A DNA stretch of 64,000 nt, from NCBI GenBank assembly GCA_963555825.3, contig CAUVXB020000002.1:2880001-2944000 (forward strand). Reading direction: 5' to 3'. The first letter of the stretch is position 1. Each line of letters starts with the position of its first letter. The position numbers and the translations under genes are program-made. Source of the DNA: Alphaproteobacteria bacterium. GTDB taxonomy: Bacteria > Pseudomonadota > Alphaproteobacteria > JAAXGF01. This document shows positions 12,600-22,482 of this stretch, piece after piece. The notes below the pieces were generated by a model. It worked only from the letters and a program-made list of their open reading frames with translations. It searched no databases and was not told where the DNA came from.

Positions 12600-13703
12600 A
12601 TGCGCATCACCCGCATCACCGTCTGGCGCATCGACCTGCCCTATGTCGGCGGAACGTATTCATGGGCCAAGGACAAGGCGGTATTGGTCGCCGACAGCAC
12701 CGTGGTCCGCCTCGACACCGACGAGGGCGTCTCGGGATACGGCGAGGTGTGCCCGCTCGGTGCCAGCTATCTGCCGTCGTATGCCGAGGGCGCGCGTACC
12801 GGCATCGGCGTCCTCGCGCGCCACGTCATCGGCCGCGATCCGCGCCACATCGGCGCGCTCAATCGCGTCATGGACGACGAGATGCGCGGCCATGCCTACG
12901 TCAAGTCGGCGATCGATATCGCCTGCTGGGACATCCTCGGCCGCGTCGCCGACCTGCCGGTGCATGCACTGATGGGCGGCCGGCAGCAGGACTCGGCGCC
13001 GCTCTATCGCGCCGTCCCGCAGGCGGCGGCCGACGACATGGCGGCGCTGGTCGAACGCTTCCGCGATGCGGGCTACCGCCAGTTCCAGCTCAAGGTCGGC
13101 GGCATGCCAGACGACGACGCGGCGCGCATCCGTACCGTCGCTGAGAGCCTGCGCCCGGGCGAGATCTTGCTCGCCGACGGTAACACCGGCTGGCGTCGCG
13201 ACGAGGCGCTGCGCGTCGCGGCGGCGACCGCCGATCTCGACTACTATCTTGAACAGCCGTGTCTGCGCTACGAGGATTGCCTCGCCGTGCGCCGCGCCGC
13301 CGTCCAGCCGTTCAAGCTCGACGAGACCCTGCAGACACCGGAAGATTTGTTGCGTGCCCAGGCCGACGATGCCTTCGACGTCGCCTCGATCAAGGTTAGC
13401 AAGATGGGCGGGTTGACCAAGTCGCGCTTCGCCCGCGACTTCTGCGCCGCCGTCGGCGCGCCGATGACCGTCGAGGATGTCTGGGGCGGCGAGGTGGTCA
13501 CCGCCGCGCTCGGCCACCTGGTCATCTCGACGCCGCCCGAGGCCGTGCTCAACACCACCGACCTGCACAATTACAATACCGTCCACTTCGCCGCCGGCGC
13601 GCCCGAAGCGCGTGACGGCCGGCTTTGGGTGAGCGACGAACCGGGCCTCGGCGTCACCGTCGACGAGGGTGTGCTCGGCGAACCGGTCGCCATCTATCAA
13701 TAG
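12600..13703 (+). CDS. Mandelate racemase/MLE (enolase superfamily) enzyme, hydroxyproline-betaine epimerase / cis-3-hydroxyproline dehydratase-like
   Basis: GYGEVCPLG, QLKVG, DGN / EQP / LDE metal ligands, IKVSKMGG and EDVWG. Confidence 0.8.
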   Translation: MRITRITVWRIDLPYVGGTYSWAKDKAVLVADSTVVRLDTDEGVSGYGEVCPLGASYLPSYAEGARTGIGVLARHVIGRDPRHIGALNRVMDDEMRGHAYVKSAIDIACWDILGRVADLPVHALMGGRQQDSAPLYRAVPQAAADDMAALVERFRDAGYRQFQLKVGGMPDDDAARIRTVAESLRPGEILLADGNTGWRRDEALRVAAATADLDYYLEQPCLRYEDCLAVRRAAVQPFKLDETLQTPEDLLRAQADDAFDVASIKVSKMGGLTKSRFARDFCAAVGAPMTVEDVWGGEVVTAALGHLVISTPPEAVLNTTDLHNYNTVHFAAGAPEARDGRLWVSDEPGLGVTVDEGVLGEPVAIYQ

Positions 13704-13713
13704 GACTGCGGCC

Positions 13714-14817
13714 GTGCAGATCACCCGCGTCACCGTCTACCAAGTCGACCTGCCGCTGCCCGGCAAGCCGTATCACCTGTCGGGCGGGCGGGTGTTCGAG
13801 ACGCTCGACAGTACCGTCGTCGCAATCGAGACCGACGGCGGCGTGACAGGCTGGGGCGAAAGCTGCCCGTTCGGCACGACCTATCTGCCGGCCCACGCGC
13901 TCGGCGTGCGCGCCGGCATCGCCGAGCTGGCGCCGCATCTGATCGGCGCCGACCCGACGCGCCCGGAACGGATCAACGAATTGATGGACGCGGCGCTGCC
14001 CGGCCACCTCGACGCCAAGTCGGCGCTCGATCTCGCCTGCTGGGACGTCTTCGGCAAGGCCACCGGCCGGCCGGTCTGCGATCTCATGGGCGGGCGCGTC
14101 GCCGGCCCGGTCGACCTCGCCAGCAGCGTCTCGACCGGCAGCGCGGAAGAAATCGTTGCGACCATCGACGGTTTTCGCCGCCAGGGCTATCGCATCCATT
14201 CGGTCAAGGTCGGCGCCGATATCGAGAGCGATATCGCGCGTATCCGCGCCGTCATTGCGGCGCGCCAGGCGGGCGAGGAATACTATATCGACGCCAACGG
14301 CTATTGGACGCCCGGCGCGGCGATTGCCGTGCTCGCCGGTTTCGAGGGCGCCGACGTCATCGTCGAGCAGCCCTGCGCCAACCTGCGCGAGTGCCTGTCG
14401 CTCAGGCGGCGCTTGCGGCTGCCTCTCATGCTCGACGAAATCGTGACCGACGCCGAGGACCTGCTGCGCATCATCGAGGCCGACGCCGCCGACGCCGTCA
14501 ACATCAAGATCGGCCGCGTCGGCGGCCTGACCAAGGCGCGGCTGTTGCGCGACATCGCGGCCGCCGCCGGCCTGCGGCTCTCGATCCAGGAGACCGGCGG
14601 CGCCGACATCGCCTTCGCCGCGACCTGCCATCTCGCGCAGTCGACGCCGGCGCGTGTCCGCCATTCGCTGTGGGACTGCCGCGAGCTCGCCGCCATCACC
14701 ATCGCCGACGGCGCGCCCAAGGCGACAGACGGCGCAGCCGAGGCGACAGACGTCCCCGGTCTCGGCGTCACGCCGCGCCTCGAGACGTTGGGAGACCCGG
14801 TCGCCGTCTACGGTTAG
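13714..14817 (+). CDS. Second mandelate racemase/MLE-family enzyme (divergent paralogue)
   Basis: GWGESCPFG, HSVKVG, DAN / EQP / LDE, NIKIGRVGG and QETGG. GTG start at 13714. Confidence 0.8.
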   Translation: MQITRVTVYQVDLPLPGKPYHLSGGRVFETLDSTVVAIETDGGVTGWGESCPFGTTYLPAHALGVRAGIAELAPHLIGADPTRPERINELMDAALPGHLDAKSALDLACWDVFGKATGRPVCDLMGGRVAGPVDLASSVSTGSAEEIVATIDGFRRQGYRIHSVKVGADIESDIARIRAVIAARQAGEEYYIDANGYWTPGAAIAVLAGFEGADVIVEQPCANLRECLSLRRRLRLPLMLDEIVTDAEDLLRIIEADAADAVNIKIGRVGGLTKARLLRDIAAAAGLRLSIQETGGADIAFAATCHLAQSTPARVRHSLWDCRELAAITIADGAPKATDGAAEATDVPGLGVTPRLETLGDPVAVYG

Positions 14818-17123
14818 TCGGCGACCAGCGCGGGCGGGTCGAAGGCCCTCACCGTCGGTGCGTCGGCGGCGGCCTTCTCGATCTCGATTAGCGTGGTGTG
14901 GGCGCTTGACCCCTGGGCGAGGCGCGAGGTGCCCTTGTCGAGCGTCAGGACGTTCGGGTTGCCGTGGCGGTCGAGTCCGCCGGGGGCCTCCGGGTCGTAC
15001 CAGGCGCCGGTCGGCAGCACGACGACGCCGGGCCGCACCGCGGCCGACACGCGCGCGCCGGCGAGGCAGGCGCCGCGGTCGTTGAAAAGCCTGACGACGT
15101 CGCCGTCGGCGATGCCGCGGGGACGCGCGTCGTCGGGGTTGATCATGACCGGCTCGCGGCCGGCCACCTTGCCCGCGACGCTGGTTTCGCCGCAGTCGAG
15201 CTGGCTGTGCAGCCGCGTCGTCGGCTGGTTCGAGACCAGGTGGATCGGGAAGGCGGCCGCGTTGCCGAGCCATTCGGCGGGCTCCAGCCAGGTCGGATGG
15301 CCCGGGCAGTCGTCGTAGCCGAAGCCGTCGATTTCCTCGGAGAAGATCTCGATCCGGCCGGACGGCGTCGCCAGCGGATGCGCGGCGGGATCGCGCCGGA
15401 ACTCGGCGTAGATCACCCGCTCGCTGTCGTCGACCGGCAGCACGAACTCGCCGGTCTCACAGAACGCCTCGAAATCGGGCATTTCGATCGCCTGCTGCGC
15501 GACCTGCTGGCGGAAGATGTCGTAGAGGTGGCGCAGCCACGCCGCCGCGTCGCGGCCCTCGGTGAAGCTTTCGGCGACGCCAAGCCGCTCGGCGAGGCCC
15601 GAGAAAACGTCGTAGTCGTCGCGCGCCTCGCCGACCGGCGAAACGGCGCGCTGCATGGCGAAGATATGCGAATCGTTGCTCGCCCGGCCGATGTCGTCGC
15701 GCTCCAGCGTCGTGGTCGCCGGGAAGACGATGTCGGCGTGGCGCGCGATCGGGCTCCACCACGGCTCGTTGACGATCACCGTCTCGGGCCGTTGCCAGGC
15801 CTCGACCAGACGGTTGATGTCCTGGTGGTGATGGAACGGGTTGCCGCCGCACCAGTAGACCAGGCGGATGTCGGGATAGGTCAGGCGCCGGCCGTCGTAG
15901 TCGAAGGGCGCGCCCGGGCTGATCAGCATGTCGGCGATGCGCGCCACCGGGATGAAACTCTCGACCGGGTTGGGTCCTTGCGGCAGGGTCAGCCCCGAGA
16001 CCCGGCGCACCGGATTGCCGATCACCGCCTCGGCGCCGTAGCCGAAGCCGACGCCGCCGCCGGCGAGGCCGATCTGGCCGAGCATCGCGGCCAATACCGC
16101 GGCCATCCAATAGGGCTGCTCGCCGTGGTCGCCGCGCTGCAGCGACCAGGCGAGCGTAATCATCGTGCGCTTAGCCGCCATGCGCCGCGCCAGGGCGCGG
16201 ATCGTGTCGGCGGGGATGTCGCAGATCGCCGACGCCCAATCGGCGTCCTTCGGCGCGCCGTCAGCGCCGCCCATCAGGTAGGGCCGGAATTTCTCGAAAC
16301 CGACGCAGTGGCTGGCCAGGAACGTCGCGTCGTGCAGGCCCTCGGCGACCAGCGTGTGGGCCAGGCCAAGCATCAAAGCGGTATCGGTGTTGGGCCTGAG
16401 CGGCAGCCACTCGGCATCGAGGAAGTCGGCGGCGTCGTCGGCCAGCGGGCTGACGTTGACGAACGCGATGCCGTTCTCGCGGCAGCGTCGCTGCCAGTCG
16501 CGCGTCACGTGGCGGCCGACGCCGCCGGAGTTGACCTGGCCGTTCTTGAGCGGCAGCCCGCCGAACATGACGATGAGCTCACCGTGCTTGGCGATCATTG
16601 GCCACGCGGTCAGCGTGTCGAGCATGTCGATATACTTGCCGCCCAAGACATGGGGCACGATGACCTGGGCGGCGGCGGTCGAATAGCTGTTGACCGCATA
16701 TGTGTAGCCGCCGATCCGATTGAGAAAGCGGTGGAGCTGGCCGACCGCATGATGGAAGCGCCCCGCGCTCGACCAGCCGTAGGAACCGCCGAAGATCGCC
16801 GAATTGCCGTGGCGCTCGACGACCCGGCCCAGCTCGGTGGCGGCCAAGTCGAGCGCCTCGTCCCAGCCGACCTCGACGAAAGGCTCGGCGCCGCGGCCGC
16901 CGCCGTGGTTCTCGGGCCCGCGTTCGAGCCAGCCCCGGCGTACCGCCGGGCGGGCGATGCGCGAGCGGTGGTGGATCGCGTCGCGGAACGACTGACCGAT
17001 CGGCGACGGGTCGGGGTCGTCATGGTAGGCGTGGACGGCGGTGATCGCCTCGCCCTCGACCTCGACGTCATAGGCGCCCCAATGGCTGAACGTGCGGACG
17101 CGCTTGCTCGACTGCCGATCCAT
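14814..17123 (-). CDS. Molybdopterin-guanine-dinucleotide S/N-oxide reductase (biotin sulfoxide reductase BisC-like), no Tat leader
   Basis: SHWG, GSYGWSSAGRFHHA, SYSTAAA (Ser ligand), GGNPFHHHQD, RLHSQLD and GNPNVLTLDKGTSRLAQG. Confidence 0.88.
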   Translation of the reverse strand: MDRQSSKRVRTFSHWGAYDVEVEGEAITAVHAYHDDPDPSPIGQSFRDAIHHRSRIARPAVRRGWLERGPENHGGGRGAEPFVEVGWDEALDLAATELGRVVERHGNSAIFGGSYGWSSAGRFHHAVGQLHRFLNRIGGYTYAVNSYSTAAAQVIVPHVLGGKYIDMLDTLTAWPMIAKHGELIVMFGGLPLKNGQVNSGGVGRHVTRDWQRRCRENGIAFVNVSPLADDAADFLDAEWLPLRPNTDTALMLGLAHTLVAEGLHDATFLASHCVGFEKFRPYLMGGADGAPKDADWASAICDIPADTIRALARRMAAKRTMITLAWSLQRGDHGEQPYWMAAVLAAMLGQIGLAGGGVGFGYGAEAVIGNPVRRVSGLTLPQGPNPVESFIPVARIADMLISPGAPFDYDGRRLTYPDIRLVYWCGGNPFHHHQDINRLVEAWQRPETVIVNEPWWSPIARHADIVFPATTTLERDDIGRASNDSHIFAMQRAVSPVGEARDDYDVFSGLAERLGVAESFTEGRDAAAWLRHLYDIFRQQVAQQAIEMPDFEAFCETGEFVLPVDDSERVIYAEFRRDPAAHPLATPSGRIEIFSEEIDGFGYDDCPGHPTWLEPAEWLGNAAAFPIHLVSNQPTTRLHSQLDCGETSVAGKVAGREPVMINPDDARPRGIADGDVVRLFNDRGACLAGARVSAAVRPGVVVLPTGAWYDPEAPGGLDRHGNPNVLTLDKGTSRLAQGSSAHTTLIEIEKAAADAPTVRAFDPPALVAD

Positions 17124-17243
17124 TTTTATGCTCACTCCGTCCCGTAACGGAAAAGATGGTACGATTACCATAGATGGGGCGGCAAGGTCGCCGAGGACAG
17201 CGTCGACGTCGGAAACATCCGCGGCCACCGGGAGGGATGCGAC

Positions 17244-17549
17244 ATGGCATCGAAGGGCAACAAGTTCATACGCTGGCTGACTGGCGGCGCGGCGGGCGGC
17301 GCGAAGGACGGCGAGCCCGGCGAGGCGGTCGACTACAACGGCTATACGATCCGACCGGCGGCCAGGACGCACGACGGGCAATGGCTCACGTCCGGGCTGA
17401 TCTCGAAGGAGATCGACGGCGAGCAGAAGGAGCATCATTTCACGCGCGCCGAGACGCACGCCAGCAAGGAAACCGCCGACGCCTACTCGGTCGGCAAGGC
17501 GAAGCGCATCATCGACGAGCTCGGCGACCGCGTGTTCAAGGACGGCTGA
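17244..17549 (+). CDS. Small protein resembling the Pfam HlyU family
   Basis: VDYNGYTIRP...GQW...GLISKEIDGEQKEHHFTRAE...KAKRIIDELG pattern; GGAGG upstream. Confidence 0.7.
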   Translation: MASKGNKFIRWLTGGAAGGAKDGEPGEAVDYNGYTIRPAARTHDGQWLTSGLISKEIDGEQKEHHFTRAETHASKETADAYSVGKAKRIIDELGDRVFKDG

Positions 17550-17572
17550 GCGAGGCTCGGAGGGCCCGAAAC

Positions 17573-17983
17573 ATGGCGCAGAACATCACTAAGGGCGTCA
17601 AGGCGCTGGTCACCGAGGCGAGCGCCGGAATCGAGACGCTCACGCTCGATGCGGCCACGGCGCTGCACGGCGACGCCGATGTCGTCTTCATCGACCTGCG
17701 CGACGTGCGCGAGCTGTGGCGCGACGGCAAGGTGGCGGGCGCCGTCCACGTGCCGCGCGGCATGCTCGAGTTCTGGATCGACCCGGCGAGCCCCTATCAC
17801 AAGCCGGTCTTCGCCGAAGACAAACGCTTCGTCCTCTATTGCGGCTCGGGCTGGCGCTCGGCGCTGGCGACCAAGGTGGCCCAAGACATGGGGCTCGCGC
17901 CGGTCTGCCACATCGACGGCGGCTACACCGCCTGGAAGAACGCCGGCCTGCCGATCGAAGACGTTACGCAGCGGCCCGCTTGA
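17573..17983 (+). CDS. Rhodanese-like domain protein
   Basis: IDLRDVREL, HVPRGMLEFWID, YCGSGWRS active-site loop and GGYTAW. Confidence 0.9.
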   Translation: MAQNITKGVKALVTEASAGIETLTLDAATALHGDADVVFIDLRDVRELWRDGKVAGAVHVPRGMLEFWIDPASPYHKPVFAEDKRFVLYCGSGWRSALATKVAQDMGLAPVCHIDGGYTAWKNAGLPIEDVTQRPA

Positions 17984-19206
17984 AGCTATCGGATCACGCC
18001 CCGTCCGCGCCGATCGGGCCGCGGACGCTGCTCGGCGACGGCCGCTATCGGCGTGTCTGGATCGCCGGCGGCATCGTCGGCACGATGCGTTGGCTCGAGA
18101 TCTTGGTCATCGCCGTCTACGTGCTCGAGGCGACCGGCTCGGCATTCATGGTCGCGCTGATGATGGTGTTGCGTTCGCTGCCGATGTTCCTGCTCGGCAG
18201 CATCTCGGGCGCGATCGCCGATCAGGTCTCCCGCAAGCTGTTGCAGGCGACCGCGCTGATCGTCTCGGCGGTCGTCTCGGCGGTGCTCGGCGTCCTGGCG
18301 CTGAGCGGGCTGATCGAGATCTGGCACATCGGCACCGGCGCCTTCCTGTCGGGCATGCTGTGGTCGTTCGAGTTCCCGGTGCGCCGCACCATGCTGGGCG
18401 AGATCGCCGGCCCGCGCGGCATCGGCGCCGGCATGGCGCTCGATTCGGCGACGACCAACGGCACGCGCATGCTGGGCCCGGCGTTGGGCGGGCTGATCTT
18501 CGAGACCGTTGGCCTGCCCGGCGCCTATGTCCTGGGCGCCGCGCTCTACGGCATCGGCTTCGGGCTTATGGTTTCCCTGCAATACAGCTCGACCGCGGCC
18601 CTGGTGCCGAACTGGAACGTCATCCAGACCGTGCGCGACGGGCTGCGCTACGTGCGCGCCGACCGTGCCATCGTCGGCACGCTGGCGATCACGGTGATCA
18701 TGAACCTGTGGGTCTTTCCGTTCGCCGCCATGGTGCCGGTGATCGGCGAGGCGGAGCTCGGGCTCTCGGCTTTTCCGATCGGCATCTTGATGTCGGCCGA
18801 GGGCACCGGCGCCTTCATCGGCGCGCTGCTAATCGCCAATCTGGCGCGTCCCGCCTGGTTCCGCCGCATCTATCTGTCCGGCTCGTTCCTGGTCGGCTCG
18901 ATGGTCGTCGTCTTCGCGCTCTCGCCGTGGTACGGGCTGTCGCTCGCGCTGTTGTTCATCGCCGGGCTCGGTGCCGCCGGCTTCAGCGCCATGCAGACGA
19001 CCATGATGTTCCTCCAGGCGCCGCCCGAGATGCGCGGCCGGGTGATGGGCGTCGTCTCGGTGTGCATCGGCGCCGGCCCCTTGGGCGTGCTGCACATCGG
19101 CCTGCTGGCGACCTGGTTCGACGCCTCGACCGCGGTGCTGATCGTCGCCATCGAGGGCCTCGCCGCCCTCGCGCTCGCGCGCGCCTACTGGCCCGAGATC
19201 CGCTAG
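17980..19206 (+). CDS. MFS transporter
   Basis: About 12 hydrophobic helices, GAIADQVSRK motif A and PPEMRGRVMG. TTG start overlapping the rhodanese stop (approximate). Confidence 0.85.
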   Translation: MKLSDHAPSAPIGPRTLLGDGRYRRVWIAGGIVGTMRWLEILVIAVYVLEATGSAFMVALMMVLRSLPMFLLGSISGAIADQVSRKLLQATALIVSAVVSAVLGVLALSGLIEIWHIGTGAFLSGMLWSFEFPVRRTMLGEIAGPRGIGAGMALDSATTNGTRMLGPALGGLIFETVGLPGAYVLGAALYGIGFGLMVSLQYSSTAALVPNWNVIQTVRDGLRYVRADRAIVGTLAITVIMNLWVFPFAAMVPVIGEAELGLSAFPIGILMSAEGTGAFIGALLIANLARPAWFRRIYLSGSFLVGSMVVVFALSPWYGLSLALLFIAGLGAAGFSAMQTTMMFLQAPPEMRGRVMGVVSVCIGAGPLGVLHIGLLATWFDASTAVLIVAIEGLAALALARAYWPEIR

Positions 19207-19252
19207 GTCCCCCGCGGGGCGGAGTCATGGCAAGGCACGTCAGGCGCCTTTG

Positions 19253-19312
19253 AAATGGGTCAATAATGTCCCATTTGGCTATTGAAAATTGGGCAAAAAT
19301 GCCCTATATGGT
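19253..19312 (+). promoter_or_regulatory. Putative hicAB promoter with two inverted-repeat operators
   Basis: AAATGGG-N10-CCCATTT (19253-19276); TTGAAA -35-like box (19282) followed by GGGCA-AAAA-TGCCC palindrome (19291-19304) and TATGGT. Confidence 0.5.
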
Positions 19313-19321
19313 GGCTGCGGC

Positions 19322-19533
19322 ATGACGGGCAAGGAGCTCGAGCGCAGGCTGCGCAAACTCGCTCGCCGTCGAGGTCTCGTCTTCCGGTTCGACGAAAACG
19401 GGGCAAGGGCAGCCACGGTACGTTCCACTTGGGCAATCGGCGCACCACCGTCAAGGACCGCAAGAAGGAGATTGGTGATGGCTTGTTGAGCAAGATGCTC
19501 GACGAGCTTGGGCTTACACGCGACGATTTTTGA
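19322..19533 (+). pseudogene. hicA: HicA-family toxin, frameshifted in an A4 run at 19395-19398
   Basis: MTGKELERRLRKLAR...FDE in one frame and KRGKGSH...KEIGDGLLSKMLDELGL in another. One extra base gives ...DEKRGKGSH (HicA GSH motif). Confidence 0.8.
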
Positions 19534-19545
19534 CGGGATTGCCCC

Positions 19546-20040
19546 ATGCTCAAGCGCCGCTTCGTTTATCCGGCCGACTTCACCCCGCAGCCTGCCGGCG
19601 ATATCCTCGTCACCTTCCCCGATTTCGCCTGGGGCGCGACCGATGGAGACGACGAGTCCGACGCCGTCTGGCAGGCCGCCGATTGCCTCGCCGAGGTGAT
19701 CGCCGGCTGCATCGTCGACGGTCTCGACATTCCACTCCCGTCGCGCCGCCGCGCCGGTCAACGCTTGGTCGCTGTGCCGCCGGCGATCGCCGCCAAGGCC
19801 GCGCTCTATTTGGCCATGCGTGACGTCGGCGTGACCAAGGCCGAACTCGCGCGACGCCTTCGCCTTGAACACAAGGCGGTGCGGCGCATGCTCGACCCGC
19901 GGCTGCAGACCAAGCTGCCACGCATCGACGACGCGCTCTGGGCGCTTGGCTATCGCCTTTCGCTCGAACTCGACGCCACCGATGCCGGTGAGGCTAGAGA
20001 CGGCTCGGCCGACGCAACATCGACACGCGCCGCCGAATAG
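19546..20040 (+). CDS. hicB: HicB-family antitoxin with C-terminal HTH
   Basis: YPADF...LVTFPDF...TDGDDESDA...IPLPS followed by KAELARRL..EHKAVRRMLDP; directly after hicA. Confidence 0.85.
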   Translation: MLKRRFVYPADFTPQPAGDILVTFPDFAWGATDGDDESDAVWQAADCLAEVIAGCIVDGLDIPLPSRRRAGQRLVAVPPAIAAKAALYLAMRDVGVTKAELARRLRLEHKAVRRMLDPRLQTKLPRIDDALWALGYRLSLELDATDAGEARDGSADATSTRAAE

Positions 20041-20184
20041 CGCCGACGCGCCGTCGCCACCTAGCCAAGCCTGATCACGCCATCGGCGGCGTGCCCTTGA
20101 CCGTGACGCGGTCGTGGAAGCGGGTGTCGTCGGGGCCGGTCGCGGGGCCGATCCACTCGGCTTTGTGCAGGGCCTTGAACATCG

Positions 20185-21231
20185 TCACTCGCCCGGCGCC
20201 GCCTCGGACGCGCCCAACTTGTCGCGCACGTGCTCGTAGTTCTGGCCGGCGAACCAGGCCATGTACTCGGCATAGGTCGTCGGGCCATAGCGCGGCGGGT
20301 TGTCGGCGCCTGAACAGCCCGGCAGGCATTCCATGACGTAATCGCGCGTGCAGTCGAAGAAGAACGGGATGGCGTAGCGCTCGGCGCCCGCGCGGTTGAT
20401 CACCCGGTGCGGCGTCGACAGGAAGCGGTGGTTCGACCAGCGGTGCATCTGGTCGCCGGTGTTGACCAGGAAACGCCCCGGCGTGATCGGCGCGGCGAAC
20501 CACGCACCGGACCGCGCCTTGATCTCGAGGCCGGGCAGCTCCGACGGCGGCAGGATCGTCAGGATCGAGGAATCGGTGTGCGGCGCCGAGCCGAACTCGT
20601 TGTCCCCGATATCGTCCTGCGGCGTGTAGTGCGACAGGCGCAGCGCGTACTGCGGCTCGGCGAAGGCCTCCTCGAAGAAGCCGGCGTCGAGCTCGAGCGC
20701 CGCGGCGTAGATCGGCATCAGGCTCCGGGCCAGCCCCTCCATGACGTCGCAGTAGCGCACCATCGTCGCGCGGAAGCCGGGCAGGCGCTCGGGCCACTGG
20801 TTGGCCGGCCGGAAGCGCACGCCTGCGACGACGTCGGGGTGGTCGGGCGCCAGGTCGCGCTTGATGAAGAAGGCCTCGTTGAGGTTCGGCTTGGTGTTGC
20901 GGTTGACCTTGGAGCTCCGCGTCGTCGAGCCCTTCATCGGCATGTAGCCGACGTTGTGCTCGTTGGCGCGAAGCGCCATCTTGGCGGCGAGCGGCTGGGC
21001 GTGGAACCGCTGGGCTTGCGCGAACACCGCATCGACCAGCGCCGGGTCGACGCCGTGGTTCTCGATGAAGTAGAAGCCGATACGCTCCAGCGCGTCGCGC
21101 ATCCGCGCGCCGAGCGCCGCGCAAGCGCCTGGCTCGCCGGCCCGATACGGCCCGAGGTCGAGGACCGGAATCTCCTGTGTCTCCGCGCCCACCGCGAACG
21201 GCGCGTCGGTCGTGTCCGGCACTGCGCTCAT
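20185..21231 (-). CDS. Isopenicillin-N-synthase-family 2OG-Fe(II) oxygenase
   Basis: IPVLDL, GFYFIENHGV, APHTD (HxD), VNTGD...WSN..FLSTPHRV and RYAIPFF. Confidence 0.9.
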   Translation of the reverse strand: MSAVPDTTDAPFAVGAETQEIPVLDLGPYRAGEPGACAALGARMRDALERIGFYFIENHGVDPALVDAVFAQAQRFHAQPLAAKMALRANEHNVGYMPMKGSTTRSSKVNRNTKPNLNEAFFIKRDLAPDHPDVVAGVRFRPANQWPERLPGFRATMVRYCDVMEGLARSLMPIYAAALELDAGFFEEAFAEPQYALRLSHYTPQDDIGDNEFGSAPHTDSSILTILPPSELPGLEIKARSGAWFAAPITPGRFLVNTGDQMHRWSNHRFLSTPHRVINRAGAERYAIPFFFDCTRDYVMECLPGCSGADNPPRYGPTTYAEYMAWFAGQNYEHVRDKLGASEAAPGE

Positions 21232-21270
21232 GGTCGGAGGGTACACCTAACACGTCCCACGCTTAAAGCC

Positions 21271-22482
21271 TCACGCCCGGCTGCGCCAGGCGCCCTGCGC
21301 GGCGAGGACGGCGAGCAGGAGGATCGCGGCGACCAGCCAGAACATCCAACGCGCCTCGCCGGTGTCGATGATCCAGCCGAACACGGGCGGAGTGATGATG
21401 CCGCCGACGTCGAGGCCGACCGAGACGAAACCGAACACCTTGCCGGTCTGGCCCGCCGGCGTCGCGGCGCGCACGATCAGGTCGCGCGACGGCGCCACGG
21501 TGCCGCTCGCGAAGCCGGCGACCGAGATCAGCGCAATCAGGCCGGCGACCGGCAGCGCCGCCTCGCCGATGACGACGATCAGCGCCGCTGCGGCGGCGAA
21601 GCCGAGCGTCGCGACCAGGGCGTGGCGCTGGGTCCGGTCGGCGATCACCCCACCGACCAGGATACCCGCAGCGCTGCCTACATAGAGCGCGGTCAGCGCC
21701 GTGTTGGCGGCGCCCAGCGTGACGCCGTGGTGCTGAACCAGCGCGGCGACCAGGAAGGTGCCGAGCCCGCCCAGCGCCATTGACAACAGCACGAAGAACA
21801 GGAAGCAGGTCAGGATCGGCATGGTCAGCAGCAGGCGGATGCCGCCGGCGATGCCGCGCTCGGCGCGCGCCGCCGGCCGCGGCGCGTCGAGCGATTCGTT
21901 GCCGCGCTCGAGCAGCCGCCTGTTCATCAGGATGACCAGCGCGACGACCAGCCCGACGGCGCCGACGGCGACCACCCCGGCACGCCAGCCGATGGTCGCG
22001 GCGAAGCCGCCCATCAGCGCTGGGGCGACCGCCCAGCCGACGTGGCCCGAGAAGGTGTGGAAGCCGAAGGCCCGGCCGAGCCGCTCGTAAGGCACCGTCT
22101 TGGCGAGGATCGAATAGTCGGCCGGATGAAAGACCGCGTTGCCCATGCCGGCGAACACCATCAATCCGAGCACCATCCAATAGGACGGCGCCAGGCCGAT
22201 CAGCACGAACGCACCGGCAAGCAGCGCCAGTCCGCCGGCCAGAATGACGACCGGGCCGACACGGTCGACCGCGAAGCCGATCGGCAGCTGGACGACGCCC
22301 GAGGCGATGCTCATGGCGCTGATCAGGAAGCCGAGCGCGGCGTAGGAGACGCCGAACTCGACGTGCAGCAGCGGGAACAGCGGCGGTAGCACCAGCCAGT
22401 AGAAATGGCTGAAGAAATGCCCCGCGCCGACCAGCCCGATGACCTTGGCGCTGCGGTTGTTGACGGCTGTCGTGGCGACCAT
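21271..22482 (-). CDS. MFS transporter (FsR-like)
   Basis: GHFFSHFY, GFAVDRVG, GNAVFHPADYSIL and multiple TM helices. Confidence 0.85.
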   Translation of the reverse strand: MVATTAVNNRSAKVIGLVGAGHFFSHFYWLVLPPLFPLLHVEFGVSYAALGFLISAMSIASGVVQLPIGFAVDRVGPVVILAGGLALLAGAFVLIGLAPSYWMVLGLMVFAGMGNAVFHPADYSILAKTVPYERLGRAFGFHTFSGHVGWAVAPALMGGFAATIGWRAGVVAVGAVGLVVALVILMNRRLLERGNESLDAPRPAARAERGIAGGIRLLLTMPILTCFLFFVLLSMALGGLGTFLVAALVQHHGVTLGAANTALTALYVGSAAGILVGGVIADRTQRHALVATLGFAAAAALIVVIGEAALPVAGLIALISVAGFASGTVAPSRDLIVRAATPAGQTGKVFGFVSVGLDVGGIITPPVFGWIIDTGEARWMFWLVAAILLLAVLAAQGAWRSRA

